Shown here one piece after another: positions 48,189-58,000 of a stretch of 64,000 bases of DNA. A program made the position numbers and the translations under genes. This stretch comes from an uncultured Christensenella sp. Lineage in GTDB: Bacteria; Bacillota; Clostridia; Christensenellales; Aristaeellaceae. The notes beneath the pieces are model-generated. The model was not told the DNA's origin, searched no databases, and saw only the letters and a program-made list of their open reading frames with translations. Every line of letters begins with the position of its first letter. Position 1 is the first letter of the stretch. The stretch covers positions 19,687-83,686 of the forward strand of contig CAZVUU010000002.1 in NCBI GenBank assembly GCA_964630465.1. Reading direction: 5' to 3'.

Positions 48189-48689
48189 ATGTCAGAACTG
48201 GAAAAACAGCATGAACACAGCAATAAGACTGTTGTATCTGCTGAAGGTATGCGCAAGCTTGAAGAGGAGCTTCAGTACCTTTCAACCATTCGCCGCGCCG
48301 AAGTGGCAGAGCAGATTGCTGTTGCGCGCGGCTTTGGAGACCTGAGTGAAAATGCCGAGTACGATGACGCCAAAAATGAACAATCTCGTCTGGAAGCGCA
48401 GATTTTAGAGCTTGAAAATACGCTTCGTACCGCAATAGTCATTGATGAGAGCAAGATATCCACCGATAGTGTCAATATCGGTACCACTGTTCGGATTCAT
48501 GACTCGGGCATGGATGAAGAAGAGGAGTACACCATTGTAGGAGCGCGTGAAAGCGATCCCAACAGCAACAAGATCTCTAACGAAAGTCCCTTGGGAGCCG
48601 CTCTTCTCGGCAAGAAAAAAGGAGACCGGGTCAAAGTGCAGGTGCCCTCAGGTATCATTGATGTTAAAATTGTCGACATACATCGTTAA
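48189..48689 (+). CDS. greA: transcription elongation factor GreA
   Basis: N-terminal coiled coil (RAEVAEQIAVARGFGDLSENAEYDDAK) and C-terminal SNESPLGAALLGKKKGD. Confidence 0.95.
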   Translation: MSELEKQHEHSNKTVVSAEGMRKLEEELQYLSTIRRAEVAEQIAVARGFGDLSENAEYDDAKNEQSRLEAQILELENTLRTAIVIDESKISTDSVNIGTTVRIHDSGMDEEEEYTIVGARESDPNSNKISNESPLGAALLGKKKGDRVKVQVPSGIIDVKIVDIHR

Positions 48690-48712
48690 AACAAGATAGG
48701 AGTTTACACAAG

Positions 48713-50212
48713 ATGTCTGAACATACATCAGCCGCCCCATCACAGGAGGCGCTTAGCTTTTCTGAGCAGGAGCAGATCCGGCGAGAAAAGCTGAGCGCTC
48801 TGATAGAAGCCGGCAGCAGCCCGTATCAAATCACCAACTATCACATCACTCATCATGCGAGATATATTCTTGATCATTACGATGCTGAAAATGAGTTGAC
48901 TGTCAGTATCGCCGGGCGGATGATGACCAGGCGCATTATGGGCAAGGCTGCTTTTGCGCACCTTCGTGACGCGTCGGGCGATATCCAAGTCTACATTAAG
49001 CGCGACGAAGTGGGGACAGACACATACGATTACTTTAAAAACGCTGATCTTGGTGATATATTCGGTGTCAAGGGCTTTGTGTTCAAGACCAGGACGGGAG
49101 AGATATCTGTCCACGCACAGGAGATTGTGTTATTGAGCAAGTGTTTAAAGCCTTTGCCTGACAAATGGCACGGGCTTCAGGACATGGATCTGCGTTATCG
49201 CCAGCGCTATTTGGATATGATCGTTAACCCCCAGGTACGTGATGTCTTTGTTAAGCGCAGTAAAATCATAACCGCCATTCGCTCCTTTATGGATGCTCGA
49301 GGCTATCTCGAGGTAGATACCCCGATTCTGCATACGCTCGAAATCGGCGCTGCTGCCCGGCCTTTCCAAACCCACCATAATACACTGGATATCGATATGT
49401 ACCTTCGAGTGGAAACGGAGCTGTATTTAAAACGGCTGATCGTCGGGGGTTTTGATAAAGTGTATGAAATCGGCCGCATTTTCCGCAACGAAGGGATGGA
49501 TACCAAACATAACCCTGAGTTTACCTCTATTGAAATGTATCGGGCTTATGCCGACTATCATGCCATGATGGATCTGGCTGAGGAACTCTTTCAGCACACA
49601 GCCCGTATAGCCTGCGGCAGCGAAGTGATCACCTACCAAGGCAAGGAAATCTATTTGAGCGGCAAGTGGAAGCGCATCCCGATGGCAGAAGCGGTTAAAC
49701 AGTATTCAGGAATTGACTTTTATGCCTGGAAGACGGATGAAGAGGCGCGAGCCTGCCTGGATGAACGCCATATTCATTATGAAAAGGGCGCAACCAGAGG
49801 GGATTGTCTCCCACTTTTGTTTGATGAGTATGTAGAAAAGCAATTGATTCAGCCTACCTTTATCATCGATTACCCCGTGGAAAACTCTCCGCTGGCTAAG
49901 CGGAAGCTCGATGATCCAAGGCTGACTGAACGGTTTGAGCTGTTTATCAACGGCACAGAGTACGGAAACGCGTTCAGTGAACTCAATGATCCGATCGATC
50001 AGCGTGAGCGTTTTGTCCGTCAGGTCGAGGAACGGAGGGCCTTGGGCGGGAAAAATGCCAAGGTAGACGAGGATTTTGTCAATGCGCTGGAATACGGTAT
50101 GCCTCCGACGGGGGGCATGGGAATCGGAGTGGACAGGATGATTATGCTGCTTACTGACAGTGCCTCTATCCGAGACATCCTCCTGTTCCCGACAATGAAA
50201 CCAACGGACTGA
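48713..50212 (+). CDS. lysS: lysine--tRNA ligase (class II)
   Basis: OB-fold N-terminus, FRNEGMDTKHNPEFTSIE (motif 2) and GIGVDRMIMLLT (motif 3). Confidence 0.96.
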   Translation: MSEHTSAAPSQEALSFSEQEQIRREKLSALIEAGSSPYQITNYHITHHARYILDHYDAENELTVSIAGRMMTRRIMGKAAFAHLRDASGDIQVYIKRDEVGTDTYDYFKNADLGDIFGVKGFVFKTRTGEISVHAQEIVLLSKCLKPLPDKWHGLQDMDLRYRQRYLDMIVNPQVRDVFVKRSKIITAIRSFMDARGYLEVDTPILHTLEIGAAARPFQTHHNTLDIDMYLRVETELYLKRLIVGGFDKVYEIGRIFRNEGMDTKHNPEFTSIEMYRAYADYHAMMDLAEELFQHTARIACGSEVITYQGKEIYLSGKWKRIPMAEAVKQYSGIDFYAWKTDEEARACLDERHIHYEKGATRGDCLPLLFDEYVEKQLIQPTFIIDYPVENSPLAKRKLDDPRLTERFELFINGTEYGNAFSELNDPIDQRERFVRQVEERRALGGKNAKVDEDFVNALEYGMPPTGGMGIGVDRMIMLLTDSASIRDILLFPTMKPTD

Positions 50213-50215
50213 CCG

Positions 50216-50911
50216 ATGGCGATTAAAACGCCGGTCAGACTGCGGCATCACTTTCAGTACAATGCCTGGAAATATATTTTACTGGTTGTCCTATCGGTCT
50301 TCTTTGTCGATCTTATCTATACCATGACAGCCTATAGACCTCCGCAAGACAAGCGCATCGATGTGTATATCCAAAGTGCCGGAGCCGATCAAAATCACAT
50401 TGACGCGATTTTTGAGCAGATGCGTGAGGAATTGTTGCCGGATATGGAGCTGATCCGGTCTGCACTGTTGATCGCAGGTACCGGCGAGGATATTTATGCT
50501 GTTCAACAGATGACCACATATCTGGCGGCGGGCGAAGGCGATATTTATCTGTTAAAAAGCGATGATTTCAAACGATATGCGTCACAGGGAGTATTTGTTG
50601 ATCTGTCTGAAGCCATTCAACAGGGCCAGCTGCATACTCACAGCATTGACTTATCAGCGGGATATGTTGCGGTTCAGGAATTTGATGAACAAGAAGATAA
50701 AATGGTCAGCATATCTCAGAAGCGTCTGTATGGTATACCCTTGTCCGGGTTTGCACAGCTGGCAGAAGAGTTTGGTATTTACCCGGAAGATTTATTTATG
50801 TCGATGACTGTATTTAATGGAAACGATGAAAACGTAATCAAGTTCATGGATGAACTGATTGCCAGAACTGCCCCGCTTAACGAACAGGAGGATGCCGTCA
50901 GTGAACTATAA
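50216..50911 (+). CDS. hypothetical N-terminally membrane-anchored protein
   Basis: 231-aa ORF starting 4 nt after the lysS stop. One TM segment (WKYILLVVLSVFFVDLIYTM) followed by an acidic extracytoplasmic domain. No motif recognised and no clear RBS. Confidence 0.55.
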   Translation: MAIKTPVRLRHHFQYNAWKYILLVVLSVFFVDLIYTMTAYRPPQDKRIDVYIQSAGADQNHIDAIFEQMREELLPDMELIRSALLIAGTGEDIYAVQQMTTYLAAGEGDIYLLKSDDFKRYASQGVFVDLSEAIQQGQLHTHSIDLSAGYVAVQEFDEQEDKMVSISQKRLYGIPLSGFAQLAEEFGIYPEDLFMSMTVFNGNDENVIKFMDELIARTAPLNEQEDAVSEL

Positions 50912-52190
50912 CGCTGTTGTTTTTGATATGGACGGCACATTGACCGATTCTGAACCGGGTATCGTCAAATGCTTGCATTATGCGTTTGAAAAGCTTGATC
51001 TGCCGGTACCGGAGCCGCGGATACTTCGAAAGTTTCTGGGACCGCCGCTGGCAGAATCCTTCATAACATTCTGTGATATGAGTGAACAAGATGCTTTAAA
51101 AGCGATACGAGCTTACCGTGAGCGCTACCAGATAAAAGGATGGAAAGAAAATTCAGTTTACCCGGGAATACGCAAGCTGCTGCGTGTTCTCAAAAAGACA
51201 GAGAGTTTTCTGAGCGTCGCTACCGGCAAACCGCAGGAAGCCAGTGAGAGAATCCTTGAAGCATTTGATCTTAAGATGTATTTCAATGGGCTGGCAGGCC
51301 CTATGCCGAACGAGCATTATGCGGATAAAAAAGAACTGATCATACGATCGCTCCGCGGTTTTTCGTTTGCCAAAGGTGTAATGATCGGCGACAGGGCAAG
51401 TGATATCGTCGCGGCAAAAGAACTTGGGATGGACAGCGTCGGCGTACTATGGGGGTATGGAAGCCGGAAAGAGCTTGAAGATGCCAACCCGGATTATTTG
51501 ATCGAAAAAATCGAGGACTTATATAAGATCCTTGGGATTAAAGATGAGCACGAAACCAAAGGATTTTTTATCTCTCTTGAAGGAAACGACGGATGCGGCA
51601 AATCCACTCAGACACAGCTTTTATATGATGCGCTGATTGCGCGGGACTATGATGTCATCAAGACGCGAGAGCCGGGCGGCAGCAAAGTAGCAGAAAAGAT
51701 TCGCGAGCTTGTTTTAGACCGTGAAAATACGGACATGCAGGATATAACAGAGGCGTTCTTATATGCGGCCTCCCGAGCGCAGCATGTGCGTGACTTGATC
51801 CGGCCTTCTCTTGAATCAGGGAAGATCGTTCTGTCTGAGCGTTATGTAGACTCCAGCATCGCCTATCAAGGCGCAGGGCGGATGCTGGGCATGGATTTGG
51901 TTGCACGGATCAATGCCCCCGCCATTGATGGATACTTGCCCGATTTGACAGTTTTGCTGGACATTGATGCGGCAAAAGCCCTGCGAAGGCGAGAGAGCGC
52001 TGGGGAAGTCGATCGGATGGAAATGATGGAAGACAGTTTCCATATTCGAGTCGGTCAGGCCTATCAGTCGCTGTTGAAGCAGCACCCTGAACGGATCATC
52101 CGTGTGAATGCGGAAGGCAGTGTGGAGGAAGTGGCTGATCGCGTCCTCACGCTTGTTTCCGAACGGCTTAAAGCCGCAGAAACAGTCTGA
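50892..52190 (+). CDS. tmk: fusion protein: HAD-IA phosphatase (phosphoglycolate-phosphatase-like) N-domain plus thymidylate (dTMP) kinase C-domain
   Basis: HAD motifs DMDGT, SVATGK, K(K) and GDRASD (about nt 50901-51545). Tmk P-loop LEGNDGCGKST, TREPGG and ERYVDSSIAYQG (about nt 51561-52187). One uninterrupted frame. The start is ATG 50892 or GTG 50901. Confidence 0.85.
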   Translation: MPSVNYNAVVFDMDGTLTDSEPGIVKCLHYAFEKLDLPVPEPRILRKFLGPPLAESFITFCDMSEQDALKAIRAYRERYQIKGWKENSVYPGIRKLLRVLKKTESFLSVATGKPQEASERILEAFDLKMYFNGLAGPMPNEHYADKKELIIRSLRGFSFAKGVMIGDRASDIVAAKELGMDSVGVLWGYGSRKELEDANPDYLIEKIEDLYKILGIKDEHETKGFFISLEGNDGCGKSTQTQLLYDALIARDYDVIKTREPGGSKVAEKIRELVLDRENTDMQDITEAFLYAASRAQHVRDLIRPSLESGKIVLSERYVDSSIAYQGAGRMLGMDLVARINAPAIDGYLPDLTVLLDIDAAKALRRRESAGEVDRMEMMEDSFHIRVGQAYQSLLKQHPERIIRVNAEGSVEEVADRVLTLVSERLKAAETV

Positions 52191-53266
52191 TGCGTATTGT
52201 GGTGGGGATGTCAGGCGGCGTAGATTCTGCCGTGTCAGCGGCCTTGCTCAAAAGACAAGGGCATGACGTCATCGGCGTCTTTATGAATAACTGGGCAGAA
52301 GATGATGATGACGGGATATGCACAGCGGAAAGTGACTGGGCGGATGTCCGGGAGACCTGTGATTTGATTGGAATTCCCTACTATTCCGTCAATTTTTCAA
52401 AGGAATACCACGACAGGGTATTCCGATATTTTCTTGATGAATATTCACGCGGCAGAACACCCAACCCTGATGTGCTTTGCAATCGGGAAATTAAGTTCAA
52501 GACGTTTTTAGATTTCGCAAAGAAACTTGGCGCCGAGAAAATCGCGACAGGCCATTTTGTAAGAACCGATACATCCGGAAGCTTACTGAAAGGCAAGGAC
52601 CCGAACAAAGAACAGAGCTATTTCTTGTATATGCTGAAATCCGATCAGCTAAAACAGGCCATCTTTCCGGTGGGTGAAATGCTGAAGTCTCAGGTGCGGG
52701 AAATTGCCGCTACCTTGAAACTGCCCGTCAAAGAAAAAAAAGATTCGACCGGCATCTGTTTTATCGGTGAAAGGAATTTCAGAACATTTCTGAAGAACTA
52801 TCTGCCTGCCCAACGCGGTGTCATACGCAGCGCGGAGGGAGAAGCCTTGGGAGAGCATCAAGGATTAATGTACTACACGTACGGACAGCGCAAGGGACTC
52901 GGCATCGGCGGCCACGGGGATGGGCGCAGCTATTATGTTGCCGATAAAGATCTCACGCGCAACGAACTGATCGTCGTGCAAGGAGCAGACCATCCGCTGC
53001 TGTTTTCTTATCAAGCGCAAGTCGAGGGTCTGACCTGGGTGGATCAACCGCCCTGCCCGCCTGATACAGAGATAGAACTGGCAGCAAAATTCCGCTATCG
53101 TCAGCCCGACCAGAAAGTAAGAATTGTCTGGCGGGGAGATACCGCTCAAGTGAACTTTGAGGAGCCGCAACGAGCCATTACACCCGGACAGAGCGCGGTA
53201 TTGTATCAAGACGGCGAATGCCTTGGAGGAGCGGTTATAGCCTCATCTTTCAGAGGAGATGGCTGA
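52190..53266 (+). CDS. mnmA: tRNA 2-thiouridine(34) synthase MnmA
   Basis: PP-loop VGMSGGVDSAVSA and motifs NPDVLCN and DSTGICFIGE. TGATG overlap with tmk. Confidence 0.95.
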   Translation: MRIVVGMSGGVDSAVSAALLKRQGHDVIGVFMNNWAEDDDDGICTAESDWADVRETCDLIGIPYYSVNFSKEYHDRVFRYFLDEYSRGRTPNPDVLCNREIKFKTFLDFAKKLGAEKIATGHFVRTDTSGSLLKGKDPNKEQSYFLYMLKSDQLKQAIFPVGEMLKSQVREIAATLKLPVKEKKDSTGICFIGERNFRTFLKNYLPAQRGVIRSAEGEALGEHQGLMYYTYGQRKGLGIGGHGDGRSYYVADKDLTRNELIVVQGADHPLLFSYQAQVEGLTWVDQPPCPPDTEIELAAKFRYRQPDQKVRIVWRGDTAQVNFEEPQRAITPGQSAVLYQDGECLGGAVIASSFRGDG

Positions 53267-54736
53267 AAGAGCCTTTTTCACTTCATTGATATAGTTCAGA
53301 TCAGTATAAAATAGAATCGTTCCGTCAATCTCTATTGCGGCATGGAGCGCGTCATAAGGAATGAATCTTATCTTTCGCGTCGAAAAGCCATACCGGAGTT
53401 CAGCTTCCAGGATGGCTCTGTTATCCGGGAAAAAATATTTTTGATTGACCACGCCGGTCGTTCTGACAGCCGTGAGTGCTTTATATAGATCTGTGACTTT
53501 CTCTGTCGGTATATCATTTCCATTATCGTCGGCAAATGAAAAGACGAAAAGAATGTTTCCGAAAGAATCCCGGGCTAAGGCATTGTTCGGCAGAACATCC
53601 TCCACTAAACTGACTTGAAAATTAAAGATGAGCTCGTCTTCAGACTTTACGCTGAATGAATCAATGTGATTCAGCGGAACTGCCATGGGAAAAGTGCTGA
53701 GGTATTCAAAGGGGTCTGCCTTCAGCATAAACCCCATGGACAGGTCGCTTGCCTGATATACTGACTCGTCATACAAGCAGTAAAATCCGATTCCTTCAAT
53801 CAAATCGCCGATCTCAATGGTAAGATGCTGCGCGTCAACGGAATACTCAGCAGATGTTTGCATATCAGGGGAATAGGAGACAATTGTGCTGTCAGCCAAA
53901 TCAAATGTAAGCTTCATGTGAGGAGAATCCAGGCCGTAAACAGCTAAATCTGCTTTTTCAGCCAGATCAATAAAGGCAGCAAACCGCATTTTACCGACGC
54001 TCTCTTTCAGCTTATTGATTTGATCCAAGGAAGCGGGATAAGAAAAGGGTTCTTCCACCATCCAGATGTCGTCATTGATGCGCCGTAACAGTAAGTTGCC
54101 GTGATCATCTTCAAAACGCACGGTGTCAAGCAAATCAGGTGTGAAATTGATATCCGGCAGCATATGCAGCCAATTCAAAAAATAGCTGAAGTCTTCCTTC
54201 AAGGTAATGCTCAGCGCGTAGAGGCTTGGACTGCCTAGCAGCATACCGTAATCAAAGGGGATATCACCCGGAATACGCGATCCCAGGCGCAGCGTATATT
54301 GGCGATTTGATGTAAAGCGCGCGGTCACTTCAAGCGCGCCATTTTGCAGACCAAAGTCATTTAAATGATCTTCAATACTCCTTTCAGACAGATCAATCGT
54401 ATCCGCTGCGATAAGATAAAGCAGATTATCAACCATGTCTGTAACCAAGTTGAGATTGAGATCATAATAAGGATAGCCTTCTACCTCATAAGCGCCGTTA
54501 TGTCTGACAATGGTATACGGATCTCCGCCGGTCGGCCTGACTGTAAAGGACAAAAGTTCGTCCTCTGTCGCTTCAAACAGGACAATGCTGGTATCGGCGA
54601 CGGGGACCGGTGGCGGCAAAGAGGCCGGCCGGGTGATCAGGTAGAAAACAAAGGATAGAAATAATAACAGTAAAATAAGAAGAAGCGCATATTTTTGCTT
54701 AATGGGTTTTTTACGTTTTATTCTGACCTCTTTCAT
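53243..54736 (-). CDS. DUF4340-like membrane-anchored protein (fourth gene of the ABC/GldG-like operon)
   Basis: N-terminal TM segment (YALLLILLLLFLSFVFYLI) and a large extracytoplasmic region. Positioned after the GldG-like gene with a 4-nt overlap. The family call rests on architecture and context only. Confidence 0.55.
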   Translation of the reverse strand: MKEVRIKRKKPIKQKYALLLILLLLFLSFVFYLITRPASLPPPVPVADTSIVLFEATEDELLSFTVRPTGGDPYTIVRHNGAYEVEGYPYYDLNLNLVTDMVDNLLYLIAADTIDLSERSIEDHLNDFGLQNGALEVTARFTSNRQYTLRLGSRIPGDIPFDYGMLLGSPSLYALSITLKEDFSYFLNWLHMLPDINFTPDLLDTVRFEDDHGNLLLRRINDDIWMVEEPFSYPASLDQINKLKESVGKMRFAAFIDLAEKADLAVYGLDSPHMKLTFDLADSTIVSYSPDMQTSAEYSVDAQHLTIEIGDLIEGIGFYCLYDESVYQASDLSMGFMLKADPFEYLSTFPMAVPLNHIDSFSVKSEDELIFNFQVSLVEDVLPNNALARDSFGNILFVFSFADDNGNDIPTEKVTDLYKALTAVRTTGVVNQKYFFPDNRAILEAELRYGFSTRKIRFIPYDALHAAIEIDGTILFYTDLNYINEVKKALSAISSER

Positions 54737-56181
54737 AGGCGTCTCTTTCTGGGGAGCAGCACGATCAAGGCAAGTACAATCACCGCAAGGGGAAGAACAC
54801 TGATCGCAAGACCGTTAAGCAGGGGATAGCTGATTCTCAGCGGCGGCCTGATAGCGTTCTTGGGAGGAATAGAGAGCCGGATAGGTGAGGAGGGGCTAAG
54901 ATACTGTATCAAGCTCAATAAAAACTCTGCGCTGTAGGTATTTTCGTATAACCAGCTGTCAATAAAGACACTGGAATTTCCGATGATAAAGGCCTTGGAC
55001 CGTGTGCCGTCATCAAATGAGCGTTCAGCTGTCATAGCAAGCACAAAGGTGCCGGTATGGTCGGTTTCCTTGCGCGTAATATCATTGGATTGATCTGATG
55101 TATCGCGCAGGTAAGCATTACCGCTGCGCAACAGAACATAGTTGGTTAAATTTATATTATGGGCCTGGGGTTCCTCAAAGGCGGCAGCGCCGGCCAGAAT
55201 CAAGGTAGTTTGGTTTTGCGCAATCAAAGCTGCGGTTGGTTCTGACATGTCCATATAAGGCATCAGAACTGCCGGGGAATTATAATAGCTCTCATATTCA
55301 TCCTCTTGCGCAACAACCAATCCCTTTTTACGGATAAATCCATAACTGCGATAGAGTGATTCAAAATTCGGCAAGTCATCATACAGACTAAAATCAACTG
55401 ACATAAAGAGCGATCCTCCACTTCTGACGAAGGTATCGATCTTCTTAAGCTGGTCCTCGGTCAGATCTTTTACGGGGGACAGGATCATCAAAGAAGACAG
55501 AGGGTCCAAGACATTCCCCCGAAGGAGATCGACCGAATTGACCGAATAATTATAACTCATAAGGAGATCCATCATAGGACCAATGCTGCTCAAATCCAAT
55601 TCACCGTGGCCGCTCAGCAGCTGGATGGAGGGAACTTCCGAAGCTGTAACATATACAATGGCTTCAGACAGCTTCTGCTCATAGTTAAAGCCGGATATAT
55701 AAAAAGCTCCGCTTTGAGGATCGTAGGCTTGAGTGACATAGTCAATAATATTAAGAATGCGGGTACGGTCTTTTTCTTTGCCGTGGATAATCAGGCAGTC
55801 GTTTGACACGGAACTGTCATCCAGACTGGAACTGATATGGCGGATTAAGGCAGGATTATGAACCAGGCTTTCGACTGAAAATGAAAAGTAATCCGAAACG
55901 GCCGCATAGCGCTCTAAAACGGCAATCAGTGCCCGGTCCTCTTCGCCCGGGGAAAACAAGGCATAGACATGCACATCGCTGTCCAATTCGTTCAGTATAC
56001 GCTTTGTCTCGGCACTTTGTGTGGTAATGGTATTATAAGAATTGTCAATTTTGAGCGCGAATCGCGCTTCCAGCGCGTCAAGGGCCAGGATCACCAATCC
56101 CGCCATGACAATGACCAAGGCGGAAAAAAACAAGGAATAGCTGCCCAGCTTCTTTCGTTCGGAGAATAAACTCTTTTTCAT
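54733..56181 (-). CDS. GldG-like ABC-transporter auxiliary protein (ABC_transp_aux type)
   Basis: TM segments at both ends (SLFFSALVIVMAGLVILAL and LAISVLPLAVIVLALIVLL) flank a large extracytoplasmic domain. 4-nt overlaps with both neighbouring genes. Confidence 0.6.
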   Translation of the reverse strand: MKKSLFSERKKLGSYSLFFSALVIVMAGLVILALDALEARFALKIDNSYNTITTQSAETKRILNELDSDVHVYALFSPGEEDRALIAVLERYAAVSDYFSFSVESLVHNPALIRHISSSLDDSSVSNDCLIIHGKEKDRTRILNIIDYVTQAYDPQSGAFYISGFNYEQKLSEAIVYVTASEVPSIQLLSGHGELDLSSIGPMMDLLMSYNYSVNSVDLLRGNVLDPLSSLMILSPVKDLTEDQLKKIDTFVRSGGSLFMSVDFSLYDDLPNFESLYRSYGFIRKKGLVVAQEDEYESYYNSPAVLMPYMDMSEPTAALIAQNQTTLILAGAAAFEEPQAHNINLTNYVLLRSGNAYLRDTSDQSNDITRKETDHTGTFVLAMTAERSFDDGTRSKAFIIGNSSVFIDSWLYENTYSAEFLLSLIQYLSPSSPIRLSIPPKNAIRPPLRISYPLLNGLAISVLPLAVIVLALIVLLPRKRRL

Positions 56182-56888
56182 GATGACTCAACCCACCTTC
56201 GAGCCGAAAGGATTTGAGCAGACAAAAACAGGCATAATGCGGAAAAGATAAGGTAAAAGAAAATGTTAGCGAAACTTAGCTGACCCAATAAAAATGGGGA
56301 AAGCCGATCGTACAGGTTGAAAAACACACTCAGCCTGCTTACAGAAGAGAAAGAAAAAGTACTTGCCAGTGTGGCAAGCCATAGGAAAAGGTTGGCGCCG
56401 AAGGCGGCGGCAGCGGCAGTTACGGGATTTTTGCTGAAGCTGGACAACATCAGATCCAGAGCAACAAAGGAACAACCCTGCAGGACAAAGCCAATATAGA
56501 AGGTCATCAACTCGGGGAGATAAACCTTACCTTGCAGCGCTATTAAAAGAGGGTACAAAAAGCTGAGCACGACGCTTATTAAAAGGACAGTGCATGCAGC
56601 CAGATATTTTCCCAGAATTATTTCAACGGCACGTACAGGCGCTGTTATCAAGAGCTGATCTGTCATATTCTTTCGCTCTCCGGCAATCAAGCGCATAACG
56701 AGGACCGGCGTCAGCAACATCCAAATATAGCTCATCATTGAAAAAAAATCCGACAGATCACCGGACTGAGCGGACAGATTGCTGAGTCCGAATATCAGGC
56801 TGCCCAAAGCAAGGAAAATACTGACATAAACATAGCCGACAGGAGTCATGAAGTAACTTAAAACTTCACGCTTATATATTGCTTTCAT
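56178..56888 (-). CDS. ABC-2 type transporter permease (GldF-like)
   Basis: 236 aa with about 6 TM segments. N-terminus MKAIYKREVLSYFMTPVGYVY is typical of ABC-2 permeases. Confidence 0.8.
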   Translation of the reverse strand: MKAIYKREVLSYFMTPVGYVYVSIFLALGSLIFGLSNLSAQSGDLSDFFSMMSYIWMLLTPVLVMRLIAGERKNMTDQLLITAPVRAVEIILGKYLAACTVLLISVVLSFLYPLLIALQGKVYLPELMTFYIGFVLQGCSFVALDLMLSSFSKNPVTAAAAAFGANLFLWLATLASTFSFSSVSRLSVFFNLYDRLSPFLLGQLSFANIFFYLIFSALCLFLSAQILSARRWVESS

Positions 56889-57829
56889 GCAAATGACCCC
56901 ATATTGTTTTTTGATGAAGTAATACGTACAAACATATCTTCAAGACTGTCTTCAAGGGGACGAAGTTCAAGAATGGGAGCCTGCAGTCCGCTTAGCAGGC
57001 TGAACAGCTCTTTCTCAAAAGGCGCATCAGGCTTTACATGGAGGTCAATCGAACAGGTTTCGGCTCGGCCCGGCAAGGCTTTGACTCGAATAACACTGTG
57101 AAGGCTTTGAAGCGCAGGAAGCAACACAGATTCTTCAATGGCCGCACGCAAATAAAATCGTCGGTTTGAAGACCCGGTTCGGGTAAGATCACGATCTAAA
57201 ACAAGTTTTCCCCGGTGAAGGATTATAATTCTCTGACAAATGAACTGCACTTCGCTCAACACATGAGAAGAAAAGACTATGGTATGTTTCTTGGCGAGGG
57301 TGTGAATCATATTTCTGAACTCAACCACCTGGGAGGGGTCAAAACCTGAGGTAGGTTCGTCCAGCATCAGAAGCTCCGGTCCTGCACATAAAGCTTGTGC
57401 CAGTCCGGTACGTTGTTTATAACCTTTGCTGAGATTGGCAATCAGACGATTCTGCATATCCTTTAACCCGGTGATTTCACAAATCTCATCAATATGTTCT
57501 GCTTGGTCCGACTTATGGACTCCTTTCAGATCACAGCAAAAGCGCAAATATTCTCGCACAGTCATCTCAGGATACAGTGGCGGAACCTCAGGCAAATAGC
57601 CTACACAGGATTTAGCTTTCAGAGGATCAGTCATCATGTTGTTGTCTTTGATCAAAACCTTTCCGCTTGTTGGCGGAAAATATCCTGCCAGTATATTCAG
57701 CAGGGTTGTTTTGCCGGCGCCATTTTGACCGAGCAGGCCCAAAACCTGTCCTTTGAAAACAGATAAACTGACATCATCAAGCGCAGTAATCGGACCAAAT
57801 TTTTTAGAAACCCGTTCCACGGTAATCAT
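56885..57829 (-). CDS. ABC transporter ATP-binding protein (GldA-like)
   Basis: Walker A GQNGAGKTT, signature LSKGYKQR, Walker B LLMLDEP and H-loop SSHVL. Confidence 0.93.
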   Translation of the reverse strand: MITVERVSKKFGPITALDDVSLSVFKGQVLGLLGQNGAGKTTLLNILAGYFPPTSGKVLIKDNNMMTDPLKAKSCVGYLPEVPPLYPEMTVREYLRFCCDLKGVHKSDQAEHIDEICEITGLKDMQNRLIANLSKGYKQRTGLAQALCAGPELLMLDEPTSGFDPSQVVEFRNMIHTLAKKHTIVFSSHVLSEVQFICQRIIILHRGKLVLDRDLTRTGSSNRRFYLRAAIEESVLLPALQSLHSVIRVKALPGRAETCSIDLHVKPDAPFEKELFSLLSGLQAPILELRPLEDSLEDMFVRITSSKNNMGSFA

Positions 57830-58000
57830 AATGAACCCTCCTCAGCAAGTATATCATGAAAAAAGCCAAGGACCATGAACAATTTGTAAAAGCCTTGTTG
57901 TTTACGAACTCAGTTAAATATGCTATTGTAATCCAGAGAAGACAAGGAACCAACTTCGGTATGTAAACTCAAAACAGACTAAAGTATATCGGAGGAAATT

